Below are positions 19,420 to 29,300 of a DNA stretch of 64,000 bases, in pieces (within the stretch, counting starts at the first letter, position 1; each line of letters opens with the position of its first letter). Source of the DNA: Kiritimatiellia bacterium. GTDB taxonomy: Bacteria; Verrucomicrobiota; Kiritimatiellia; RFP12; UBA1067. Under the pieces are notes generated by a model that was given only the letters and a program-made list of their open reading frames with translations, was not told the origin of the DNA and made no database searches. A program made the position numbers and the translations under genes. The stretch is from positions 56,889 to 120,888 of the forward strand of contig JAZSOG010000025.1 in NCBI GenBank assembly GCA_045536845.1, given 5' to 3'.

Positions 19420-19507
19420 AGATGAGTTACAGAAAAGAAATGGGCGGGATTTGTAGTAGGGCGGCACGCAGGTGTTTTCGTGTTCTTAATTCTTTGGAGG
19501 GTGAATC

Positions 19508-21410
19508 ATGACGGATTGGAGTTTTCCCACTGCAACAGATGACTATGAAGGCAAGGGGCTCAATGATTCTGGCATCGAGACATTTAATGATGATTGTCTG
19601 AAGGGGCTTGCTCGCGAGATATGCCAGAACTCATTGGATGCAAGACGCAAGCAAGGATGTTCCTGAAGAACAGCCTGTAATAGTCGAGTTTTGCAGATTC
19701 AACATATCGCCGGAGAGATTCCCAGGTAAAGATACGTTTTATCAGGCACTGAAGAAGTCGTTGGAGTTTTGGGAGAACAGAGAAGATGAAAAGACTGAGA
19801 ATTTTTTCAAGGAGGCATTGGAGCAGATTGGGTATTTGAGTATGCCTTGGCTTCGTATTAGCGACTTCTATACCACTGGTTTGAACGGCGTTTCAAAAGG
19901 ACATACGCATAGTGCTACTACGCCCTGGAGTAGTCTTGTCATGAGTTCTGGCGTTTCGAATAAGGGAGGGGGAAGCGGAGGTTCGTTTGGAATTGGTAAG
20001 TTTGCGACTTTTTCCTGCTCGAAATTCAGGACAAGCTTTTATTCCACGCTTACTAATGAGGGCGAGAAGGGCTTTCAAGGCGTGGCTAGGTTGGTGTCGT
20101 TTGAAAGTGAGTGTGGTGGCGTTACCTTGGGGAACGGGTATTATCGTGAAGATGGGAGGCCATTGAATGCCGGCCCCAGGATTGACGATTCTTTTGAAAG
20201 GGGCGAAAGAAGCGGGACGGACATTTTCGTGCCTGCGTTTTGTGGGGGAGAAACATGGTTTGACGACGTTACTTCTTCTGTGTTAGACGGTTTTCTGTTC
20301 GCCATATTTAAAAATAAGCTTGAAGTTCGATTGATGGATGATCGAGGAGGGACTCTCATTCTTAATAGAGAGTGGTTGGACAATCAATACCGGCTGGGCA
20401 AATTAACGAACCGGCCGACCGTGAGATACAATTACGAAGTCTTGAAAAATAATGATCCTGACAGGGTGTTCAAGAAAGACTTTGGAGAGGATGGTTATTT
20501 GGAATTGCGGCTTATGTTGGCGCCAGATTTGGACAGGCGTGTTTCTATGATCCGTGAGACAGGCATGAAGATATACGCCAAGGGCAATTTCCCTGCCAGT
20601 ATCTCATTTTCTGGCGTTCTTGTTGTGCACGGAGAGGAGCTAAATAAGCGCATTAAAAAATTCGAGAACCCGCAGCACACCAAGTGGGAGCCGAAGAGAA
20701 ATCCGTCGGATGCATCGCTTTTGGAAGATATTAATCGTTTCTGCCGCCAATCGCTTAGCATGCTTGTCGAAAAGAGCTCGTCTGAGGAATTGGACGCTGG
20801 GCTTGGAGATGTTTTGCCGGCAATTGGTTTGTCGGAAAAACAAGAAGAGCGAGAAACGCTAAGCGCGAAGATCAATAGCCTCACTGAGACCAAACGAAAG
20901 CGGAGACGAGCCGTTACTAAATCTGATGCCGACGAAGAAGGTAACTCTGTTGGGGAAGAGGATTTGCTTGACGACGCGAAAGGTTCTGGCGGTGGCCCTG
21001 GCGAAGACGAAAGTTCTAGGTCGGGAGATAAGGAGCATGATGGCGATGGACAGGGAGAAGGCAACGGCCCGTCTGAGGACGGCGACCGAAAGCAACCCAA
21101 GCTGCGTAACGTGAAGCCTGGCAAGTATAGATTTGCATGCACAAACGAGAGCCAGGGCGAATACAGGATGTTCATTGTGCCGGATGTGACGGAGCAGAAT
21201 GGTGTTCTTGCGTTAAATGCCGTGGCGGAATTGAACACCTATGAGGCGGCTATTGTTTCGGCAAGGACTAACGACGGGGATGAGCTGAAGATTGATGGGA
21301 ACAAGATCATTGGGATAAAGTTTAGCAAAGGAGAACAGTTGCAGATTTTGCTGAAGCTGGACTATTCAGACTATGTTTCACTGGAGGTGATGTGGTATGG
21401 AGCTGTTTGA
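19508..21410 (+). pseudogene. GHKL/MORC-like ATPase, frameshifted by a CAAG duplication at 19648-19655
   Basis: RBS plus ATG 19508 encodes LAREICQNSLDA (motif I) then stops at 19666; LRISDFYTTGL, GSFGIGK and GTDIF lie in the +1 frame ORF 19608..21410. Confidence 0.8.
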
Positions 21411-22311
21411 CAAACGTTATCCGTATCCAGTGCTTACTGCGCGCACTGACGACTATATTGGGTGCTCTTTTGACGTGGAGGGTGAGTCAATTAGGCACGA
21501 CTCCGTGCTTGAGTTGTCGCTCAATGCAAAGCTCGATTGCAAAAGCCTCCAATCGCTTATCGAACGTGGGGATGCGGCGATTATTCTGCATGTCGAGTGT
21601 TCCAGAAGCGCATACAGAAAGTCTCACAAGCTTCCTTTGGGGGCGCACGTCATAACGATTTCCTCCGCCGAGGTTTCGGGTAGGGTTTCGCTTTGTCCGT
21701 TTATCGTGGCTCGGCGAGATGTTGAGGAATATAAGAGCGAGCAGTTTAATCCGATTTACCAGGACCTTGCATTCAAAATACGCAGTGGAGCCGTGCTGGC
21801 AGAGGGAATAGAGAAGAGCGTATACGTTGACACATCAACGCATGACATGGACTATAAGCCGGACATTTTCTCGGTTGTGCCGGACAAGTCGATGGACGAG
21901 GATGAAAACGAGAAAAAGTGCATTAAGGTCGATCCGTGCAACAATAAAATCGTGATCCATATGCCGACAAGGGCGTTTAACCAATATGGTGCATTGCTCA
22001 AATCTGGAATATCAAGCGCGATTGTCCTGTGCGTAGTTATTCTCCCGGCGATGATGGAAGCGCTGTCCCGTATGCGCGATGCGTATAAAAATGAAGAGTT
22101 GGAAGACTTCGAGGATTTTGTCTGGTTCAATTCGGTCAAAGAACGGATGAAGCAACTCTATCCAGAGGCGCGTCGGGACATGTGCCGGTTTGTGCGTGAG
22201 AAAATGGAGATAGCGTCTGTCGCGCAATCTTTGATAAAGTCACCGGTTGTTGATGCGCTGGATATGCTTGCCAACTCGGGTTCGAGTGCGGGAGGTGCCG
22301 ATGAAAATTAA
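21397..22311 (+). CDS. Hypothetical protein (YPYPVL N-terminus), operonic with the GHKL ATPase
   Basis: 304 aa, overlaps both neighbours. Confidence 0.75.
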   Translation: MELFDKRYPYPVLTARTDDYIGCSFDVEGESIRHDSVLELSLNAKLDCKSLQSLIERGDAAIILHVECSRSAYRKSHKLPLGAHVITISSAEVSGRVSLCPFIVARRDVEEYKSEQFNPIYQDLAFKIRSGAVLAEGIEKSVYVDTSTHDMDYKPDIFSVVPDKSMDEDENEKKCIKVDPCNNKIVIHMPTRAFNQYGALLKSGISSAIVLCVVILPAMMEALSRMRDAYKNEELEDFEDFVWFNSVKERMKQLYPEARRDMCRFVREKMEIASVAQSLIKSPVVDALDMLANSGSSAGGADEN

Positions 22312-23044
22312 ATTCCTTTCAGAATTGGCGTTGGACACAGTAGCTGTCAACTTGAAGAAGTATATGCCGCTTTTTGGCGACGATACGAACGAAAGGTTGC
22401 TGTCGGAACTCCATAAGGAGCTGTCGGAACCACCGTTAAAGGAGTCAAACTTCTCGTTGCCAGATAATCTAAACCTGGACGGTACTCTTCGTGGTGGTCA
22501 GGAAGTGGAAAACGTCCGAAAGTTCCATGGAGCGTTGAAGATGCTACCTCATTCCATTGCCTGCGACTGTCGTATTTGGGCAGGGCTCACGATCGGGCAC
22601 TTTTGGCAGTTTACAAAAAGCCGCTGGGATTTTGCTAAGGGTGTCACTACGTCCAAGGTGAGAGACCACTTTCTGTTCATGGGACAGTCTAAGAAAGCAT
22701 ATACACGCAATGCGCTTTCCCGCCTTTGGTGGATAGGTGATCTGACGTATGACGAAGGCAGAGATGATCCCTATGAAATTACTTCTTTCACAATGAAGGA
22801 CACGGATTACGTCGTTAATTTGCTAGAGCGTAACTTCTCAAGTAATAGGCTTATCTTTAGAGAGTTTGTGGAGGCTGTGGAGTGCGGACGAAGGGAAAAT
22901 CTTGTCATCGAAAGACCGGAAATCCGTGAGTTGTGTAAGTACCTCAATCTGCTCGGAGGTGTTTATGTCTTGGACGCGTTGCCTCCCGGTATGATCAGGG
23001 ACAAGATATACGCACGGGCAAAGAAAATCAACGAGAAAAAGTAA
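22301..23044 (+). CDS. DUF6339-like protein
   Basis: RBS GGAGGT then ATG 22301; RNALSRLWW motif (family call from memory). Confidence 0.6.
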   Translation: MKIKFLSELALDTVAVNLKKYMPLFGDDTNERLLSELHKELSEPPLKESNFSLPDNLNLDGTLRGGQEVENVRKFHGALKMLPHSIACDCRIWAGLTIGHFWQFTKSRWDFAKGVTTSKVRDHFLFMGQSKKAYTRNALSRLWWIGDLTYDEGRDDPYEITSFTMKDTDYVVNLLERNFSSNRLIFREFVEAVECGRRENLVIERPEIRELCKYLNLLGGVYVLDALPPGMIRDKIYARAKKINEKK

Positions 23045-23048
23045 GAAT

Positions 23049-24332
23049 ATGCACTTTAAGCTGGGAGAGTTGTTTTGCGGGCCGGGGGGAATGGCCGTAG
23101 CCTCGACGAGAGTTGCGCCTATCAGGTCGGCCACGCGCGAAGAGTTTAGCTTGAGCCACTCATGGGGGGTAGATTTCTCTAAGGCTGCAATCGAAACGTT
23201 CAAAGCTAATCTTGGAGAAGGTAATGGCATAGAGATGGATGCCAAAGAATTCGTTGCAACTGAGTTGACCCCGGATAAGAAGATCAACGCTCTAGCGTTC
23301 GGATTCCCCTGTAATAGCTTCAGTCAGGTCGGTAAGCGCAAAGGAATCGGCGATGAAGAATTCGGAGAATTGTACAAAACTGGGATTTCCGTTATTGAGG
23401 CATATTCGCCAGATTGGTTTGTCGCCGAGAATGTAAGTGGTATCAGCAAATCGACTGCTGTGGGTCATGATGATGCGAGATGGGAGTTTGTGAAGATACT
23501 TCAAGACCTTGCAGATGCGGGGAAAGGATATAATGTTGTCGCACATCTGTACAAGTTTGAAGAGTATGGTGTACCGCAAGCAAGGCATCGTTACGTTATT
23601 GTCGGCATAAGACATGACATTGCCGACAAAAAGAAGATTGAATTTCGACCTCCCGCACCGCTGTATGGTCCTGGGCGCTTACATCGTTTTGTTACATGCA
23701 AGGATGTCCTTGATAAAGTCTCTAATGAGACAGAATGGGGAGGAAAAAAAACAAGACAATCGGAAACGGTTGTGGCACGTCTGAAATTCACGCCTCCTGG
23801 CGAAAATGCTTGGAAGCTTGATGAATTAGTTGATCCAAGTAAATACTCGGATGAAGAACTAGATGAGTATCTCAAGAGCATTCCTTGGTACGAGACAGAT
23901 ATTGCGCCAAAATTCCCAATTCGGAATTTGCACGATAGGATGGAAACCATAAGAGTACGTATTGAGGAAGTTCGTCTCCATTGCAAAAAGGCAAGAATGA
24001 GTCACATATACCGCCGCCTTGATCCTAATCGCCCAGCGTACACATTGACAGGTAGTGGCGGCGGCGGCACACACATATACCACTATTCCGAACATCGTGC
24101 GCTTACGAACGAAGAGCGAGCTGCATTGCAAACGTTTCCTCCTGAATTTGTTTTTAAGGGTGGCCCTGAGCAGATTCGCAGACAGATTGGTATGGCGGTA
24201 CCGACTAAGGGTGCGGAGCAAATCTTTGATGCGATTCTAAAGACATTTGCAAAGATTCCATACGACTGCGTGGAGCCAGACCCTGCATTGGTGTTTTATC
24301 CTTGTAATAAAAGAGTGCGTATAAGGGGATGA
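23049..24332 (+). CDS. DNA (cytosine-5) methyltransferase
   Basis: ELFCGPGG, GFPCN, ENV, PQARHR, QIGMAVP; clearly different from the duplicated MTases. Confidence 0.92.
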   Translation: MHFKLGELFCGPGGMAVASTRVAPIRSATREEFSLSHSWGVDFSKAAIETFKANLGEGNGIEMDAKEFVATELTPDKKINALAFGFPCNSFSQVGKRKGIGDEEFGELYKTGISVIEAYSPDWFVAENVSGISKSTAVGHDDARWEFVKILQDLADAGKGYNVVAHLYKFEEYGVPQARHRYVIVGIRHDIADKKKIEFRPPAPLYGPGRLHRFVTCKDVLDKVSNETEWGGKKTRQSETVVARLKFTPPGENAWKLDELVDPSKYSDEELDEYLKSIPWYETDIAPKFPIRNLHDRMETIRVRIEEVRLHCKKARMSHIYRRLDPNRPAYTLTGSGGGGTHIYHYSEHRALTNEERAALQTFPPEFVFKGGPEQIRRQIGMAVPTKGAEQIFDAILKTFAKIPYDCVEPDPALVFYPCNKRVRIRG

Positions 24333-24445
24333 CACTTAATCAAAAGAGGCAGGCGGATCTCTTTGTAGAAGCTTTACTGTACATGACTCATATGCGAGCG
24401 ATAGGTTTGCCGCGGCATTTGGTACAATCTGCGTAGGAGAAACGT

Positions 24446-24722
24446 ATGGGACTTGTGAAGACTAGAAGACTTGCGTAACCGCCCCTTGCGGGGGTTCGCG
24501 ACCCATAGGGAGATGCGCCTGCGACGAAGTCGTCAGGTTGGCCGAGGCCGAAGGCCGAGCCGCGAAGCGGCCGCAAGGGCCCGCGCGAACACGCCGAGCG
24601 AACGCGAGTGCCGAGCGATGCAGAAGCAGCTGCGGGCAAAGGTGGGCATGAAGCCGCCGATGAAGGGCGATTCGTGCAACGCCCGCCCGCGGCAGTTTTG
24701 TGTCAATAATGTAGTAAAATAA
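24446..24722 (+). pseudogene. Small basic ORF (MGLVKTRRLA...) interrupted by the hairpin element
   Basis: Paralog of intact 31318..31467; removing 24475..24613 restores MGLVKTRRLAAMQKQLRAK. Confidence 0.65.
24475..24613 (+). mobile_element. Long (139 bp) multi-hairpin element
   Basis: GTAACC...GTGCCG ends; inserted at TGC^AG with no target duplication. Confidence 0.8.
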
Positions 24723-24787
24723 TATACTTTTGACAGTCTGTACTTTTGCCATTGTCAAATTTGCCTATTTTTAGTATACTTTTGACA
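24723..24787 (+). promoter_or_regulatory. AbiE promoter/operator
   Basis: TTGTCA-N17-TATACT ending 6 nt before ATG; repeats TATACTTTTGACA at 24723 and 24775, TGTACTTTTGCCA at 24739. Confidence 0.65.
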
Positions 24788-25260
24788 TGACCTCGTACGA
24801 GAAGATATGGGATACGGCTGAAGACAACCATGGTGTGATTACTTCTGCGCAAGCTAAGCGGCTGGGAGTGAAGCCTGCAGCTTTGGTGTCGATGGCCACA
24901 AACCGAAAGCTTATTCGCATCGGGCAGGGGGTGTATAAGCTTTTCCACCATGCGCCTGGTCCGTATGATGAATATGCGCAAGCTGTCGCGATGGTTGGTG
25001 ATACGGCATTTGTCCGTGGGGCAAGCGCTTTGATGATGCGCGGGCTGATACCGTTTGATCCAGGGCGATTCTACCTTGGCGTGGCAAGGCGGACGCGGCG
25101 TAAACTACCTTCGGGCTATGATGTGAAGTTTGTCGCCAGTCCTGAGATAGAGTTTATTGAGGGCATTGCGGTGGAGCGTGTCAAGGCGGCGGTTGAGGAC
25201 GCCCGCAAATGCGGAGCGGTCGATGTGGACAGGCTGATGGATTTGGAGTCGCAGTCATGA
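24787..25260 (+). CDS. AbiEi-type type IV TA antitoxin
   Basis: HGVITSAQAKRLGV...LIRIGQGVY wHTH pattern; coupled to nucleotidyltransferase. Confidence 0.85.
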   Translation: MTSYEKIWDTAEDNHGVITSAQAKRLGVKPAALVSMATNRKLIRIGQGVYKLFHHAPGPYDEYAQAVAMVGDTAFVRGASALMMRGLIPFDPGRFYLGVARRTRRKLPSGYDVKFVASPEIEFIEGIAVERVKAAVEDARKCGAVDVDRLMDLESQS

Positions 25261-26084
25261 AGAATCGTCCGATGACGCGTGTAAATCTTGATAAGGCCAT
25301 TGCTCGTATGGCGGGTGATGACCCTCGTTTGACCGTTGATATGCGGATGTCGATGGCGAATGCGATTGTTGGGCAATTTCTTCCCGAAGGCGTTGTGAAG
25401 GGTGGGACATCACTCAAGTTTCGCTTTGGGGAGGGCCATGCCCGTTACACATTGGATCTTGACACGGCGTGGAAAACAGATTTAGACACATTCTTGTCTA
25501 AATTCAGGCGCAATCTTGCAAATGGGTGGGAGGGTTTCTCGGGGGAACTCATCGTTCGTCCGCAGGCTTCGCCCCGGGCAATACCCTTTGAATATGTAAT
25601 GCAGCCTTGTGATGTTAAATTGAGCTATATGGGACGTTCATGGTGCACGATTCGCCTTGAGGTCGGACATAATGAAGTTGGTGACGCCGACGAGGCGGAA
25701 ATGACGCCTGTGCCTGAAGACCTCGCAGTACACTTCCGAGAGCTTTGCTTCCCGGTGCCAGGTTCGCTTCCCCTGATGAAAATTCCGTTTCAGATTGCAC
25801 AGAAACTCCATGGGGCGACAGGTGAAGGAAGTCGAAGAGCGCATGATCTTATCGATCTTCAATTGATTGCCGACGCATATGAAATTGACCTTAAGGAGAC
25901 GCGTGATGTATGCGAGCGCCTGTTTAGATATAGGAGATGCCAACCTTGGCCGCCCAAGGTGACGAAGGTGGATGGATGGGATGACATCTATTTGACGCAA
26001 AAGCTCAACCTCCCTGTTCTTCCGACTGTCGATCAGGCAATTGAATGGGCCAATGGACTCATCGCGAGAATAGCCGGGGCTTGA
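25257..26084 (+). CDS. AbiEii-type nucleotidyltransferase toxin
   Basis: KGGTSL...RYTLDLD; QKLH...RAHDLIDL; ATGA overlap. Confidence 0.85.
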   Translation: MKNRPMTRVNLDKAIARMAGDDPRLTVDMRMSMANAIVGQFLPEGVVKGGTSLKFRFGEGHARYTLDLDTAWKTDLDTFLSKFRRNLANGWEGFSGELIVRPQASPRAIPFEYVMQPCDVKLSYMGRSWCTIRLEVGHNEVGDADEAEMTPVPEDLAVHFRELCFPVPGSLPLMKIPFQIAQKLHGATGEGSRRAHDLIDLQLIADAYEIDLKETRDVCERLFRYRRCQPWPPKVTKVDGWDDIYLTQKLNLPVLPTVDQAIEWANGLIARIAGA

Positions 26085-26136
26085 TTATTTGATGTAGATG
26101 ATTAATGTGTTCGCGCGGCGAGAGAGGTGAATGATT

Positions 26137-26277
26137 ATGGCGATGCCACAGAGAGATGAGACGATTGAGGAGATCAAGCGGCTGGATGCTTTGCTTGAGT
26201 ATGCGGTCATGCACGGGGACGAGGCCGAGGCCGAGCGCCTCCGCGCCGCCCTGCGCAAGCTGACCGACGAGGTCTAA
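26137..26277 (+). CDS. 46 aa helical hypothetical protein (below ORF-track cutoff)
   Basis: RBS GAGGTG; MAMPQRDETIEEIKRLDALLEYAVMHGDEAEAERLRAALRKLTDEV. Confidence 0.6.
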   Translation: MAMPQRDETIEEIKRLDALLEYAVMHGDEAEAERLRAALRKLTDEV

Positions 26278-26393
26278 TCCGCGGCAGTTGTGTCGCGACG
26301 GTGTGAAATGTGATAAAATATCTACACAAGCACAAGGAGATGTTGCAAGGTGTAACCTGACACGTGGTGTGTAATTGGAGGTAGCCGAATAAC

Positions 26394-29300
26394 GTGAGTC
26401 CGGGAGGAACCGCAAACCGTTCCATAGCGTTCGTCGATCTGGAAGTAGGAGTTCAAGATCGGCGGATACATGACGTTGGCGCCGCGCGCGGAGATGGCGC
26501 TGTGTTTCATGCGTCGGACGTTCGTGGGCTGCTTCCATTCCTTGACGGGGTCTCGACAATCTGCGGGCACAACATAGTGCACCATGACATGCGCTTCCTG
26601 GAACCGCATCTTGGCGCTCGGAAGTTCTCTTTGGTCGACACTCTTTACTGGTCGCCCATCCTGTTTCCAGAGCGTCCGTATCACGCGCTCCTGAAGGACG
26701 ACAAGCTTCAGCGGGACGAGCTTAACAACCCTCTTAGCGACGCCAAGAAGGCCATGAGCCTTTATGGTGACGAGGTCGCTGCGTTCAGGGAGCTTGGTGC
26801 AGTTCGGCGTGGAATATACCTGGCGTTGCTTGGCTCCGTCCCGGAGTTCTCTGGTTTCCTCGGGTTGCATGCGACTGACTCTCGGTTGGCTGTCCCTGTT
26901 GAGGTCGCGATTGCCGCGGAGTTCAGGGGTAAAATATGCCAGCACGCGAATATCGGCGGACTAGTCCGTCGCTACCCAGTGGAGCTTGCCTACGCATTGG
27001 CGCTCATAGGCACATCTTCAATTGAATCGATAACGCCGCCTTGGGTGTGCAAGAACTACCCGAAGGTAGAAAACGTCATCAACTATCTTTGCAACACGCC
27101 GTGCCAGGAGGGTTGCCCATATTGCCGTGAACGGCTCGACGTCCGGAAGGCTCTCAAGCGTATGTTCGGATTCGATGCGTTTCGGACCTACGCGGGCGAG
27201 CCACTTCAGGAAAAAGCGGCGCGCGCCGCCGTCGACGGCAAGTCTCTGATTGCGGTGTTCCCGACGGGTGGAGGCAAGTCGATCACTTTTCAGCTTCCAG
27301 CCCTGATGGCCGGCGAAAATTCGCATGGGCTTACTGTGGTGATCTCGCCGCTTCAGTCGCTCATGAAGGACCAGGTCGACAACCTCGATGCGAAGGGGCT
27401 TACTGGCGCTGTGACTGTCAATGGGCTGCTCAATCCGATTGAGCGTGCTGAAGCGTTCAGGCGTGTTGCCGACGGTTCGGCCTCTCTTCTGTACATATCG
27501 CCGGAGCAACTGCGCTCCAAGACAGTTGAAAGCATTCTCCTTGGGCGCAACGTCGTTCGTTTCGTGATTGACGAGGCCCACTGTTTCTCAGCTTGGGGAC
27601 ACGACTTTCGCGTTGACTATCTTTACATCGGGGACTTCCTTCGCAAGTTCCAGGAGAGCAAGAACCTGCCTAAGCCGATCCCTGTCTCGTGCTTTACGGC
27701 GACCGCGAAGCAGAAGGTCATTAGCGACATCCGGGACTACTTCCGCGGCAAGACGGGCATAGAGCTTGAGGTGTTCGCTTCCACGGCCACGCGCGAGAAC
27801 CTGCATTACGAGGTGCTTCACAAGGAGACAGACGGCGACAAGTATGCCGCTCTTCGCCTGCTGATCGAGCAGAAGGACTGTCCGACGATCGTCTATGTCT
27901 CCCGCACCAAGCGAACGCATGAGCTCGCGCAGAAGCTGACGGACGACGGATTCCCGGCACTGCCGTACAACGGCAAGATGGAGCCGGATCAGAAGATCGA
28001 GAACCAGGACGCCTTCATCCGCAACGACGTCAAGGTCATCGTTGCAACGTCCGCCTTCGGAATGGGGGTGGACAAGAAGGACGTCAGACTGGTTGTCCAC
28101 TACGATATTTCGGATTCGCTCGAGAACTACGTCCAGGAGGCCGGGCGCGCGGGCCGTGACCCATCGCTCCAGGCCGAGTGCTACGTCCTCTTTTGCGACG
28201 ACGACCTAGACAAGCACTTCCTCATGCTGAACCAGACGAAGCTCAGCTTGAGCGACATCCAGATGATCTGGCGAGCGATAAAGCGCATGTCTCCTACGGG
28301 CCGTCAGTTCTGCACCTCGGCGCTTGAGCTTGCGCGCGCTGCCGGATGGAACGATTCCGTAGCCGACATAGAGACGAGGGTGCGGACGGCAGTCTCGGCG
28401 CTTGAAGAGGCCGGGTACGTCGAGCGAGGGCAGAACATGCCGAGGGTGTATGCGACCGGGATCCTGGCAGCGAGCATGGCGGAGGCGGCATCTCGCATTG
28501 ACAGCTCTGCTCGTCTTGACGACGCGCAAAAGGAGATGGCCAAGTGTGTCATGAAGTCCTTGATTTCCGCGCGGAGTGTGTCGAAGGCGGGCAACGGGGA
28601 CGCGGAGTCGAGAATTGACTACATTGCGGACATTCTCGGACTCGATCGCAAGGACGTAGTCGGTGTCATAGACGCGATGAGGCAAGACGGGCTCCTGGCC
28701 GACACTCAGGACATGTCTGCGACCATCTTTCGAGACGACACGGCAAGAAAGTCTACAAATGTCATCGAACGTTTTGCGAAGGCCGAATCGGTTCTGCTAT
28801 CGCGAATCAGCAAGAATGACGCCGACCTGGACTTGAACCTCAAGGAGTTGAACGACGAGATGTCCGGAGGCGCTGGCAATTCAAACGGCGTCAAGAACAT
28901 GCGCACGGTCATGCGTTTCTGGTCCGCTAAGGGCTGGGTTAAGAAAGTTGAAAGGCCGAATAGCGACTATGTCCGCATAATCCCGACCATGTCGGTGGAA
29001 CAGCTGCGAGATCGTTTCGACAGAAGGCTGGAAATGGCAAGGTTCGCTGTCGACAGCCTGTTTCGGAAGGCGCTCCTTGCGCAGAAGGCGGAGGGCGAGC
29101 AGGGTGAGCCCCGTGGTGACGGATGCACAGTTGAGTTTTCGCTTGTCGGCATGCTCAAGGACTTCAATTCTGCTCCGAAGCTTGATTTCGGTGGCCGTCC
29201 GGCCAGCTTGTCCGAGATGTCAGATGCACTGCTCTACCTGTCGCGGATTGGCGCGATGAAACTGGAGGGTGGGTTTCTAGTAGTGTACAACGGAATGTGC

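Noticed and set aside
19608-21410. 600 aa ORF as an intact gene
   Set aside because: Its first residues are out-of-frame sequence; GHKL motif I and the RBS are in the upstream frame starting at 19508.
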